A stretch of 64,000 bases of DNA, taken from NCBI RefSeq assembly GCF_009914755.1, contig NC_060925.1; one strand, written 5' to 3'. How positions within the stretch are numbered: position 1 is the stretch's first letter; each line of letters opens with the position of its first letter. Below are positions 1 through 14,469 of this stretch, piece after piece. The stretch comes from the human T2T-CHM13v2.0 reference genome, Homo sapiens. Below the pieces are notes generated by a model. The model saw only the letters and a program-made list of their open reading frames with translations. It searched no databases and was not told the DNA's origin. Both the position numbers and the translations under genes were made by a program.

Positions 1-1284
1 AAAGAACAATTACCAGAGAGCTGTAAGCCAAAAAGTTTCTAGAGCTTACACAGAAGTGGGAATCATTTGAATGTCCACCAGCCACAGGGTAGGGAGACTT
101 CATTGAATTACAGAGATCCCACTCAGCAGAGACCCCAGAAGGGTCAAGTGTTAGGAATGCGACTAAATTAGTCCTAGAGTAAAGGCTACTCTAGATCTGC
201 TTTATAAGAGCTTAAAAACAAGCTCTCTGTGGGCCACACTGATCCTCAAGTAATTTAACTGCCTGTCAGAACAAACTCCAACTTGTAAAGGAATAAAATA
301 ATATCTAGCACTCAACAACGAAAGAAATGCCTACATCAATAAAAAAATTACTAGATTTATAAGAAATAAAAAAGTGCCACATAACCAGTAAAAAAATCAG
401 TCAATAAAAAAACTTTGAAATAATAAAGAAGATGAAATTATCAGATGAAAACATTAAAACAGGTATTATGAATGGGATTGATATGCTAAAATATTTAAAT
501 AAAAACATAAATATAATTATGAGAGAAATGGAAACTATAAAAGAGAAACCAATGAAAAGAATAACATCTGAAAACAAAATTTTACTGAGTGGAATTTACA
601 GATCAGACACTCTAGAAGAACAGAGCAATGAACTTGAATCCAGAGAGACAGAGAGACAGAGAGAGAGAGATGACAAAAAACAAACAAACAAACAACAACA
701 AAAAAACACTTGAAGAAATAGTCCCTGAAAATTTTCCAAAAATTGATGAAACCCACAGATCTAGGAACAAACCCCAATTAGCAGCATAAACACAATTAAA
801 ACAACACTAAGGCACATTATAATCAAATTGCTGAAAACCTGTGATAAAGAGAAAAATCTTAAAACTATTAAATAGCTGGAGAAAAGAGAGGCACATTATA
901 TCAGAGATAAATAAAGATTAGAATTATTGCAAACTTCTTATCAGAAATTATGCAAACCTTAAGACAATGAAGCAATATCTTTTAAGTACTGAAAGAAAAA
1001 AAAAGAAAAAATTATCAACCTACAATTCTATACCCAGTGCAAAAATAAAGGTGAAATAAAGACTTTCAGATAAGTAAAAGCTGAAAGAATTTCTCAACAG
1101 TAGGCCTTTGCTACAAGAATTATAATTCTTTATGAAGTTTTTCAGACAGAAGGAAACCAGATATAACCTGGATCTACACAAAGAAATGAAAAATGCCATA
1201 TATAATTAGTATGTAGGTAAATGAGATGTTTTTTTCTTATTTTTACTTTTCTTAAAAGATAAATTTACTATTTAAAGCAAAATA

Positions 1285-2474
1285 TAGTCACGCATTGCTT
1301 TGCAATGTGGATATGTTCTGAGAAATGCATCATTAGGCAAATTCATCATTGTGTGAACATCACAGGGTGTACTTACACAAACCTCAATGGTAAAGCCTAC
1401 TACATACATAGGCTGTATGGTATAGCCTATGTTCTAGGCTACAAACCTCTACAGAGTGATACTGTACTCAATACTGTTGGTAATTATAACACAATGGTAA
1501 GTACTTGTGTATCTAAACATAGCTAAACATAGAACAGATACAGTAAAAATAAAGTATAAAAGATAATAAATGGTACATGTGTATAGGGCACTTACCCTAT
1601 ATGGAGCTTGTAGGGCTGGAAGTTGCTCTGGGTGAGACAATGAGTAAGTGGTGAATGAATGTGAAGGCTGAGGACATTACTGTACACTACTGTAGACTTT
1701 ACAGACACTATATACTCAGGGTACATTAAGTTTATATAAATATTTTTTTCTTCAATAATAAATTAACCCTAGCTTCCTGTAATCTTTTTACTTTATAGGC
1801 TTTAAAAAATTTTAAACTTTTTGGCTCTTTTGTAATAGCATTTAGTTTAAAACACAATCATATAGCTGTACAAAAATATTCTTTCTTTATATCCTTATTT
1901 TATAAGCATTTTTCTATTTTTAAAGATTTTTAGACACATTTTAAATGTTTTTGTTAAAAACAGACACAAACACACATATTAGCCCAGGCCTACACCAGGT
2001 CAGGATTGTCACTGTCTTCCACCTCCACATCTTGTCTCACTGGAAAGTCTTCAAGGCAAAAACACGCATGGAGCCGTCATCTCCTATGATAACAATGCCT
2101 TCTTCTGATACCTCCCAAAGGACCTGGCCAAGGCTATCTTACCATTAACTTTTTTTTAATAATGTAAGCAAAAGGAATACACTCTAAAATAACAATAAAA
2201 AGTATAGTATAGTAAATACATAAACCAGCAACATAGTCATTTATTATCACTATCAAGTATTACATATTGTGTGTAATTGTATGTGCTATACTTTTATATA
2301 ACCGACAACACAGTTCATTTGTTTATACCAGCATCACCAAAACATGTAAATAATGTATTGTGCTACAATGTTACTAAGTGATAGGAATTTTTCAGCTCAA
2401 TTATAGTCTTATGGGATCACTGTTTTGTATGGGGTCCATCACTGACCAAAACATTGTTATGTAATGTATGACTG
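1285..2474 (+). mobile_element. Tigger3b-like (MER7/Golem) non-autonomous DNA transposon
   Basis: Termini 'tagtcacgcattgc...' and '...gtaatgtatgactg' resemble the Tigger3 TIR; TA on both sides (1283-1284, 2475-2476); typical internal 'gtacttacacaaacct...ggtatagcctat'. Confidence 0.9.
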
Positions 2475-2547
2475 TAGTAACAATCTATTATGGGGTTTAT
2501 AACATATATAAAAGTAAAAATCTATTAAAACAATAGCATAAAGATAG

Positions 2548-2909
<362 letters not shown>

Positions 2910-2916
2910 TAATATT

Positions 2917-3090
2917 GTTTTTTTCATTTTTGTCATTTTTAGAGACATGTTCTCAGCTATGTTTCCCAGGCTTGGAGTGCAGTGGCTATTGACAGGTGTG
3001 ATCATTGTACACTAATGCCTTGAACTCCTGGGCTCAAGAGATCTTCCCACCTCAGCCTCTGAAGTAGCTGGAACTACAGCTTGCCTGGCT
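2917..3090 (-). mobile_element. FAM (fossil Alu monomer, 7SL-derived)
   Basis: Monomer retains the 7SL/FAM-specific segment 'ggagtgcagtggctattgacaggtgtgatc' (reverse of GTGAATAGCCACTGCACTCC), absent from dimeric Alus. Confidence 0.8.
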
Positions 3091-4049
3091 AAAAATTCAT
3101 ATGTTAAGTCTTAGAACAACACTTAAAAATAAAGAAAACAGAGAAATAGCTAATAAGCCAATATTAGAGATAAAATGGAATCCTAAAAATATAATCAGTT
3201 ATCCAAAGAAGGCAGGTGAAGTGAAATAGCAACAAAGAAAATATGAAGATAAATAAAATACAAATAGCAACATGGTAGACTCAATTCCAACCATATTTGT
3301 AATTATAATAAAGAATCTAAACACTACTATCAAAAGTCAGATATTGCCAGAGTAGATATAAAAATCGAGACCCAATTATATGAAGTCTACAGACACGCTC
3401 ATTAAATATGAAAACACAGGTGGATTAGAAGTGAAAGAATGAGAAAAAATATACTATGCAAACACTACCCATTAAAAAAAGCTGATGTGGCTATATTAAT
3501 ATCAGGAAACTAGATCTCAGAACAGGAAATATTACCAGAAATAAAGAGGAATATTTTATATTGATAAAGGGGTCAGGAAGACATCATAATTTGAAATATG
3601 TAAGCACCTAAAAACAAAGCCTCAGAAAAAATCAAAACTGAAGGAACTGAAAGGAGAAATAGACAAATGCATAATTACAGTTGAAGATTCTGTTACTCTT
3701 CTCTCAGTACTTGATAGAACAAATAGACAGAAAATCAGTCATGGAGATATATGAGACCTAAACAATACATGATATTGGATGTTTAGTAGGACTGTTGTCC
3801 TGTAATTAGCACTGGGGGCTACAGATAAAAATAACAGGCTTTAAGTACCCTATATTCTGGAGAAAGCTGCCAAACATTGGGGCCAGCACCTCCCTAGTAG
3901 AAGACCATCAAATTAGCCCTGCTCCTCCCTACCGTCATGCCAACAACTACCTGCCTTACTGCCAACCCATATGAGGAAACAACTGGGAGAATGAAAGTTG
4001 GAAGTCTTCGGGCCTTGGGAAGTGTCCAAAGCTCATAGCAACAAGCCTT

Positions 4050-4543
4050 TGAGGTTGGAGACCAGAAAGACTTGTTTTCTGGTCATGACCCTGCTGACCC
4101 AAACAGGATCTGGTCCAGACAGGACAAAGTAAAAAAACCATCAGGAACCGCCAGGTGGCGACAAAAGTGATCCCTAGCTGCCCTCATTGCTCATTAGCAT
4201 GAGACACTCCCACCAGCACCATGATCATTTATAAATGCTATGGCAACGACCTGGAAGTTACCATTCCTTTCCTAGAAAGTTCTAAATAACCCACCCCTCA
4301 ATTTGCATTAACCTGTCCCTTAATTTGCATATAATTGAAATTGAGTATCAACACAGTTGCTAAGAACCCATGCATTGCTGACTCTGGGCTGCCTATGAGG
4401 TAGTGCTGCTCTACAAGGAACAGTACCGTTCAGTAAAGGATTGCTGTCTAACACCACTGGCTCGCCCTTGACTTCCTCCCTGGGTGAAGCCAAGAACCCT
4501 TCCGGCCCAAGCCCCAGTTTGGAGGCTTGCCTGTCCTGCGTCA
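4050..4543 (+). mobile_element. MER41-family solo LTR (ERV1), probably MER41C
   Basis: TG...CA ends; 5' 'tgaggttggagaccagaaagacttgttttctggtca'; 3' 'gggtgaagccaagaaccct...gcctgtcctgcgtca'; internal 'cccaccagcaccatg...aaatgctatggcaac'. Confidence 0.85.
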
Positions 4544-5849
4544 GTTTCCCAAAACATAAACTTTGGAAGGGGCCCATAAGAAAATTCCTTGTAGAGCTTG
4601 AGGGCACCTGCCTAAAGCTAAGACTACTACCTCTCTCTAGGCAGGATCCTTGCTGGGTTACTATAAACCAGCAGTCCCATAATGATACTGTCAGCAGGAG
4701 AGACAGCAATTGGAGAATGGTTGGAAAAGATTGGTCTGTAGTTCTTGGAGTTGTGCAGCACTTGTGAATTTACAAAAAGGCACTTTATTTTCTGGAAATT
4801 TCTGGAAGTAAAAAGCTTATAGGAGCAGCTAAAGGTGGAGGGGGAAGCAAGGCCTTGGGTAGTGGTTATTAGTATCCCCTCCCAGCTCTGGAGGCAACTC
4901 ACAGAGTTCGGAGGGGATCACATATTTCCTGTGGCCCCACATACAAGTAGCCAGAAGATGGAGGAGACAGAGGCCGCAGGGAGGCCTGGGGGCAAGAGAG
5001 GCCACTCTCAACGCAGGATCCTGAACTCTGCCTCTTTTCTTCTTCTGGTCTTGAACACCACAGGAATTAGGCCTTGAGAATAAGTGAGATTCAAGAGAAT
5101 AATAATCCTCAAATCAGACCCCCGCTCCCCGCTACACCTTCCTTCCACGATGCTGCAGTGAGCGGCCGGTGAGAGCAGCCCACATCCTCCTTCCTAACAG
5201 GCCCCTGAGCTCTGCGGAGCTGTGGAGGAGGGATGAGCTCAGGTTGAAATCCGACCTGAGCCTGGAATTTGAATAATTCGAAGTGACTGGAAACCCACAG
5301 CTCTGCCAAAAATGTTGCTAAGGTAAAGAAAGAGGGGAATTAACAGAGCACAGTGATTGGAAAAACATTACACTATTTCGAGCTAATATCCCACTGAGCT
5401 GAGAATGCTTAACAAAACCAGACTGAGTATTACTACGTATCCAAACTGTGCACATATTTGTCATGGCTGTCACCATATTGGTATGTATTACATTATATTT
5501 ATATGCAATAGGGTGCTTAATAATGCACCTATTGTTGAGCATTTAGGTTATTTCCAATATATTCTTTTTTAGAAACAAGCTTGCTATAATTGGTATAAAT
5601 TGCTCTATTTTTCTTCTTAGCTATTTCCTTAGTTATATGCCTCAGCTCTCAACTAAAATGGCATTTACTAATGGAAAGTCTTTGCTCCCCTGCTAAAGTC
5701 TGGGTTAGACTTCTCTCCTATACCACCCTTTGGCTCACCGCTTCAGTGCCTGTCACTCTATTGTGATATCCCATCCGGACAGCAAATGTGTATAAGTTGG
5801 TTTTCCTTCCGTTGTAGGTGACAGTGTGCTGTTCATACTGGCTTATACA

Positions 5850-6570
<721 letters not shown>

Positions 6571-6623
6571 GGGGTGTTTCTTAAAGAAGGTTTCGAGTAC
6601 ATTTAACACAAAGAGGAAGCATG

Positions 6624-7264
6624 TGTCACCGGTAGAGGGTCGTGACTGCAAGTTGTCCAGGTTCTTGGCGTTTTGAACAAAGAATTGGACAAAATGTTCT
6701 TCAAAGAAAGAAAGAATGAAGCAACAAAAGAACGAAAGCAGGGATTTATCGAAAACGAAAGTACAATCCACAGTGTGGCAGCACACCCGAGCAGCTGGGC
6801 AAGGGCCCAGATACAGAATCTTCTTGGGTCCAAATGCCCCCTAGAAGTTTCCCATTGGCCATTTCATGCTCACCTCATGTAAATGAAGTGGTAGCTCACA
6901 ATCAGTCTGATTGGTTGCAGAAAGCAGCCAACCAGAGGCTGGAGTGAAGTTACAAAGGTCACACTGCTGTGCAAACATCTGCTCGGTTACAAAAGGCAAC
7001 CAATGAGAGGCTAGGATGAAGTTACAAAGTTATGCTTCTATGGAAACAAAGACTTGGCCTGCAACCAGTCTGATAGGTTGTGGAAAGCCAATTTCCCATC
7101 TGCTGTGCAGAAAAGGAGTAGGGGGTTTGTAAAGGGAGTAGTAGCCTCTGGTCTTTTTGTCACTTAGGCGTGGAAAGTTAGGGTTTTCCTTTCAATTTAG
7201 TTCTAGGAAGTTGGCGTGAAACAGCCTTAGGTTCCCTGTCTCCAGACCCTATTCTCCTGCCTCA
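6624..7264 (-). mobile_element. MER51A-like solo LTR (ERV1)
   Basis: Reverse complement starts TGAGGCAGGAGAATAGGGTCTGGAGACAGGGAACCTAAGG; other end 'tgtcaccggtagagggtc...gttcttggcgttttgaacaaagaattggac'. Confidence 0.88.
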
Positions 7265-7329
7265 CCTGGATTGTGAGCCCGGAAAATATATATTCACTAC
7301 ATCAATAAATGTGTTTCTTTCCCTCCGTA

Positions 7330-7448
7330 GGATTGTAAGCTCTCAGGGCGGGGATTATATGGACTTCACCACTGTATTCACAGTACTCACAACAGTGCCC
7401 AGTGCATAGAAGGAAAATGCTTAGTGACTATTCATTGAATGAATAAAT
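7330..7448 (+). mobile_element. L2 3' end fragment
   Basis: 'gattgtaagctc...cacaacagtgcccagtgcatag...ttgaatgaataaa'. Confidence 0.65.
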
Positions 7449-7684
7449 TCCCCAAAGTGGAATAACCAGGTTGGAAGAGCTAAACATTTTTTAAGACCTT
7501 ATTACCTGTTGCCAAATTGTTCTCTAGAAAAGAAAGTACCAATTTATAGTAGAATTGTGGTTAAAAAAACACAACAGTATAATAGTAATATGTGCTAGGA
7601 TAGCTATTTATACAAAATATTGCCAACAAGGAATTTTATTGTTTTAATTAATTTTTGGTAGTACAATATGTTTTTAAAGTAGAT

Positions 7685-7822
7685 TTTTATTTTTATTTTA
7701 TTTATTTATTTATTTATTTTTATAAAGATGGAATCTTACTATGTTGCCCAGGCTGGTCTCCAACTCCTGGGCTCAAGCCTCCCAAAGTAGCATGATACAG
7801 GTGTGAGCCGCTGTGTCTGCCC
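7685..7822 (-). mobile_element. Alu left monomer / FLAM fragment
   Basis: (TTTA)n tail then 'actatgttgcccaggctggtctccaactcctgggctcaag'. Confidence 0.8.
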
Positions 7823-7922
7823 TTAGCAGATTTTTAAAGCTGCTATCTTCTACAAGCATTTTTCTGTTAACAAAGTTGATCATCTGCCCAGTGCTGATAT
7901 TAATTATAAATTTGCCTATATG

Positions 7923-8201
7923 TTTTTATTTTTATTTTTTTTGAGACAGGGTCTTGCTTTGCCATCCAGGCTGGATTGTGGTGGTGTGATCTTGGCTCAA
8001 GTTATCCTCCTTCCTCAGCCTCCTGAGTAGCTGGGACTACAGGTGTGTGCCTCTAAGCTCAGCTAATTTTTTTAAAAAATAAATTGAGATGGGGTCTGAC
8101 TATGTTGCCTGGGCTGATGTTGAACTCCCGGGCTCAAGTGATCCTCCCACCTTGGCCTCCCAAAGGGCTGGGATTACAGATGTGAGCCACCGTGCCTGGC
8201 C
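7923..8201 (-). mobile_element. AluJ with internal deletion
   Basis: Antisense Alu with J-type 'ctcccgggctcaagtgatcc'; part of right arm missing. Confidence 0.88.
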
Positions 8202-8203
8202 TA

Positions 8204-8660
<457 letters not shown>

Positions 8661-8671
8661 ATTTCTGAGGA

Positions 8672-9573
<902 letters not shown>

Positions 9574-10392
9574 AAATATGTGAAAATTTAAAATGCATTT
9601 ATGCATTATAAGAGGGGAGGGTTATATTCTCAAGGAGCTAGAAAAAATTGTAAAATTGCTTTTTATGCCTTATGACTTGAAATTTGATGACATGCTTTTC
9701 AAATTCTTTAATTTTGTTCTTTTCTTTCACAGCTGAACCCACTCTCAACCAGCTTAATTCCAAAGAACACCCAACCATGGTTAAAATTTTTCACTTTCAG
9801 CATACCTAATGTTTTGCATCATGATTTCAACCATGTTAAGTTTATGAGACCTATTCTTTTTTTTTATCACAATTATTGGTACTTTCATTTTTCTTTCTAC
9901 TTTATAAGACAATAATGCAATAAGATGTTTAAATACCTACATTATTGTACAGATGAAAATGATGCCACTGCCCAAACATTGTTGTTGGCCAGGCAAGGCC
10001 ACTTGAAACTGTAGATCAAAATGCTCACCTATTAGTGGAGTATGACCATCTGAACTTACCAAAAGTAGTTTCAAGTTGTATACTTTAAGAAAGTGCAAGC
10101 TATTTGGAAGTTGGATACATGAAAGCCAAAGATTTCCAAAAGTGGGTTTCCAAAGTTCAGACACTTTAATACTAATTTCATTACTTTTACATTTATTGAG
10201 AACCTACTGCGTGAAAAGTGCAAAGTTTGGTTCTTGGGATGGGGTGGACTGTATGAGGAAAAGGGAAAATAAGGATACTTCCTTAAAATCTGGTGGTGGA
10301 AAAAGAAGCATACAAAATAATTTTAAAACAAGGAAGACTCCAATAAACCCTTCTCAAATTCTTCTAACAAATTGAAGAATGGAATACTTTCT

Positions 10393-10716
10393 TTTTTGAA
10401 TTATATATCATCCTTTTAATACAAGCTTAAAAAATCTGGAACAATAGAAACTGTACAGATTTGATCAATCTTTTTGTTTTGTTTTTAAACTAAAATCTCT
10501 AAACACACCAGTGTCCCATTCCAAAATATTGCACAACATTCTGAATACGAAACTCTTGCTTGTATTCCTCCTTCACTAAAGAAAAAAGTTCGTGATCCTG
10601 CTCCCCAGGCTCCTCTCCAGGCTTGCCTCAATGCCCCCTTCCCATCCCTAGAGAGAAAACTAGAGAATCTATAGCTCACTGCATTGAGAAAAAGACATCA
10701 TTCTGGACTAACAGTC
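10393..10716 (-). pseudogene. Short retro-inserted unique sequence (3'-UTR-only processed pseudogene fragment or orphan transduction); source unidentified
   Basis: 20-bp TSD tgaagaatggaa(t/c)actttct at 10373-10392 and 10717-10736; ATTAAA on minus strand (10415-10420) followed by a short A-tail; does not resemble L1 or Alu. Confidence 0.75.
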
Positions 10717-11610
10717 TGAAGAATGGAACACTTTCTAACTCATTCTGTGGCCGGAATTGCCCTGATACCAAAGCCAGATAAAGATACTATGAGAAAAGAC
10801 AGCTACAGACCAATATATTTTGTGAATATTGATACAAAAATTCTCAACAAAATACTAGCAAACTGAATTCGGCAGCAAATACTAAGAGAATTATTCACTA
10901 TGACCAAGTGGGATTTATTCCTGGAATGCAAGTATGGCTTAACACATAAAAATCAATCAATGTAATATACCACATTAACAAAATGAACAAAAAGAACATA
11001 TGATCATCTTGATGCAGAAAAAGCATTTGACAAAGTTCAAAACCTTTTTGTGCTAAAAACACTCAACAAACTAGGAAGAGAAAGAAACTTTCTCAATATA
11101 ATAAAGGCCATGTATGAAAAAAACCACAGCTAACATTATACCCAATGGTGAAAGACTGAAAGCTTTTCCCCTAAGATGAGGAATACTTTCACCACTTCTC
11201 TTGAATATGTACCAGAAGTTCTAGCCAGAGGAAGAAGGCAAGAAAAAGAAATCAAAGGCCTCCAAATTGCAAATAGAAAAGTAAAATCATCTTTGTTTGC
11301 AGATAACTTGACTTCAAATGTAGAAAACCCTAAAGAGTCCTCAAAAAGAAAAAAACAAAAAACAAAAACCTGTTAGAACTAATGAATGAATTCAGCAAAA
11401 TTGCAGGATACAAAATCAACACTGAAAAATCACTTTCATTCCTGTAAACAGCAGTTACCAACCTGAAAAGGAAATTTAAAAATCAATTCAATTTATGATA
11501 ACATCAAAAGAATAAAAAACTTAAGAATACAAGTAGCCAGGCAGTTGAAAGATGGCTACAGAACATTACTGAAAGAAATTCTAAAAGATTTAAATTAATG
11601 AAAAGACATC

Positions 11611-11948
11611 TCTTATGATCTGAATGTTTATGTGCCCCCCAGATTCCTACATTGAATCCTAACCCACAAGGGGATGGTATTAGGAGGTGGGCCTTTGGGA
11701 GGTGATGAGGTCATGTGGGTGGAGCCGTCATAACTGGGATTAGTGTCCTTACCAAGAAAGTTAAAGGGAGCTCATTTGCCTTTCCACTATGTGAGGACAC
11801 AGGGAGAAAATATCATCTATGAGGAAGCAGGCCCTCACTAGACACTAAATAAGAGCTTGGCAGCCTCCAGAAGTGTGAGAAATAAATTTCTGCTGTTTAT
11901 AAGCTACCCAGTGTATGGTATTTTGTTATAGCCAAATGAAATAAGACA
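11611..11948 (+). mobile_element. MLT1A/MLT1A0-like MaLR solo LTR
   Basis: 'ggtattaggaggtgggcctttgggaggtga...gagaaataaatttctgctgtttataagctacccag...taagaca'; 5-bp TSD acatc. Confidence 0.88.
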
Positions 11949-12971
11949 ACATCCTATGTTCATGGATTAGAAAACTTAATATTGTCAATATGACAATACA
12001 AACCAAAAGAATCTACAGATTCAATGTAATTCCTATCAAAGTTCCAGTGGCATTCTTTGGAGAAATAGAAAAAGCCATCCTAAAATTTATGTAGAATCTC
12101 AAAGGACTTCCAATAACCAAAACAACATTGAAAAAGAAGAACGAAGTTTCAGGTCTCACACTTTCTGATTTTAAAACTTGCTACAAAGCTATGGTAATCA
12201 AAACAGTGTGGTACTAGCTTAAGGACAGATATATAGATAAACAGAATAGAATAGAGATACCAGAAATAAACTCTCATGTTTACAGTCAATTGTTTTTGAC
12301 ATGATTTTCAAGATCATTCAATGGGGAAAGGACAGTCTTTTCAACAAATGATGCTGGGAAAACCAGATACCCACATGCAAAAGGATGATTTGGACTTACA
12401 TCTTACACCATATAAGAAAATTAACTCAAAATTGATCAAAAGTCTAAACTTGACAGCTAAAACTCTAAAATTCTTAGAAGAAAACATAAGGGAAAAATCT
12501 CATGACTTTGTGTTTGACAATGATTTCTCGGATATAGCACCGAAAACACAGGCAACAAAATAAAAAATAGATAAGTTGTGTTCATCAAAATTGAAAAACT
12601 CTGTGCATCAAAGAATACTGTCAAGAGAGTAACAAGACAATGTACAGAATGGGGGAAAATATTTGCAAGTCTTATATCTGATAAGAGAATAATACTTAGA
12701 ATATATAAAGAACAAATAAAACTCAACAACAACCCCAAAATAAAACAATTCAGTTTAAAAATGGACATCAATAGTTATAGCAGCATTATTCACAATAGCC
12801 AAAGATGGTAATAACCCAAGTGTTCACCAACAGATAAATAAACAAGTTTAGTATACATATACAATGGAATATTATTCAGCCATAGAAAGAAAGAAAATTC
12901 TGATACATACAACAACATGGATAAACCTCAAAAACATGATGCTAAGTGAAATAAGCCAGTAACAAAAGAAC

Positions 12972-13043
12972 AAATATTGTATGATTCCACTTATTGAGGT
13001 ACCTACAAAATATTGTATGATTCCACTTATTGAGGTACCTACA
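12972..13043. repeat. Perfect 36-bp tandem duplication
   Basis: aaatattgtatgattccacttattgaggtacctaca twice. Confidence 0.95.
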
Positions 13044-13122
13044 ATAGGCAAATTCATAGAGACAGAAAGTAGAAGGGTGATTGCCATGGTGTGGGGGGAG
13101 GAGGGAGTGGGAGTTATTATTT

Positions 13123-13438
<316 letters not shown>

Positions 13439-13821
13439 GGAGTTATTATTTAATGAGTATGGAGTTCCTATTTGTTATGATGAAAATTTCTGGATAGTGG
13501 TGATAATTACATAACATTGTGAATGTGTTAATGCCACTGAAGAGTTCAATTAAAAAATGGTTAAAATGGTAAATTTTGTTAGGCATACTTTATCACAATA
13601 TAAATAAAAATAAAGGGAACAATCCAAGCAAAGGAGTGGAAGCTGATGCTCCTTACCAGGACTGTAAAAAATACAGTTTGTTTGGATGACTCCATGAACA
13701 GCAGATGCAGTTCCTTGCTTGGCAGTGGGAGAGGAGCTTCAGGGGTCTGTGGAGCAGGCTGCTGGCCGGGCCTGCCTGGAGCATCAGGACCTGGGCAGTG
13801 GTAGAGAATCGGGTACATTGT

Positions 13822-13934
13822 ACAATGTAAGCTCCAGGAAGTCAGGTGCCCTCTCTGCATTCATCGTTTTGTCACTAGCCCCTGTCACACAGCAGAAAAT
13901 AGGCATTTTTCCAATGAATGAATGAATGAATAAA
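13822..13934 (+). mobile_element. L2 3' end fragment
   Basis: 'aatgtaagctccaggaagtcagg' ending in (GAAT)n. Confidence 0.55.
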
Positions 13935-13943
13935 ACATACAGA

Positions 13944-14150
13944 GCAGTGGGTCTCAATATGTATCATAATATATAGTATCAGAATGTATCTGCACATATT
14001 GGAATCTCTGGAGGGCTTTCAAAACACAGCTTGCTGGAGTCAGATCTCTGATTCAATAGATCAGGGATGGGGCCTGAGAAGTCGCATTTCCAACAAGTTC
14101 CCAGATGCTGCTGCTGCGGCTGATTGGGGGCTACACATTGAGAACCACTG
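13944..14150. mobile_element. MER5A (hAT-Charlie)
   Basis: TIR-like ends cagtgggtctcaa / ttgagaaccactg; core 'tctgattcaatagatcagggatggggcctgagaa...catttccaacaagttccca'. Confidence 0.82.
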
Positions 14151-14313
14151 ATTTAGAAGAAGGAGCAATCATCATGGCTGAAGGACCAGGTTCCTGCTCA
14201 CATTTCCAAGTCAATACGTAAACTTCTATATTCTTTCAAAAATCCGAGACTGCAGGTGAAGAGATAACTCCCTAAAAGAACCGTAGTCCTCAACGAGCCT
14301 GTATATGGGCCCA

Positions 14314-14455
14314 AACAGACCTGGATTGACATTCCAAGTCCGCTGCTCTCTACCTGTGTGACTTTGGGTGCGATATCCAGTTTCTCTGGACTTCAAATAC
14401 TGTATCTGTAAAATAGAGATGATAGTAGCAAACTCATCATAAGGATTAAATGCGG
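14314..14455 (+). mobile_element. MIR
   Basis: Core 'ctgtgtgactttggg...tctctggacttca...atctgtaaaatagagatgatagta...aggattaaatg'. Confidence 0.75.
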
Positions 14456-14469
14456 TAGAGTAAGTAACA

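Noticed and set aside
9700-9740. Strong-looking splice acceptor (ttttgttcttttctttcacag); similar ones near 38958 and 47986
   Set aside because: No convincing paired donor or reading frame; lncRNA exons cannot be called or excluded without transcript data
12972-13043. 36-bp direct repeats as a possible CRISPR-like array
   Set aside because: Only two adjacent copies, no spacers, eukaryotic L1 context
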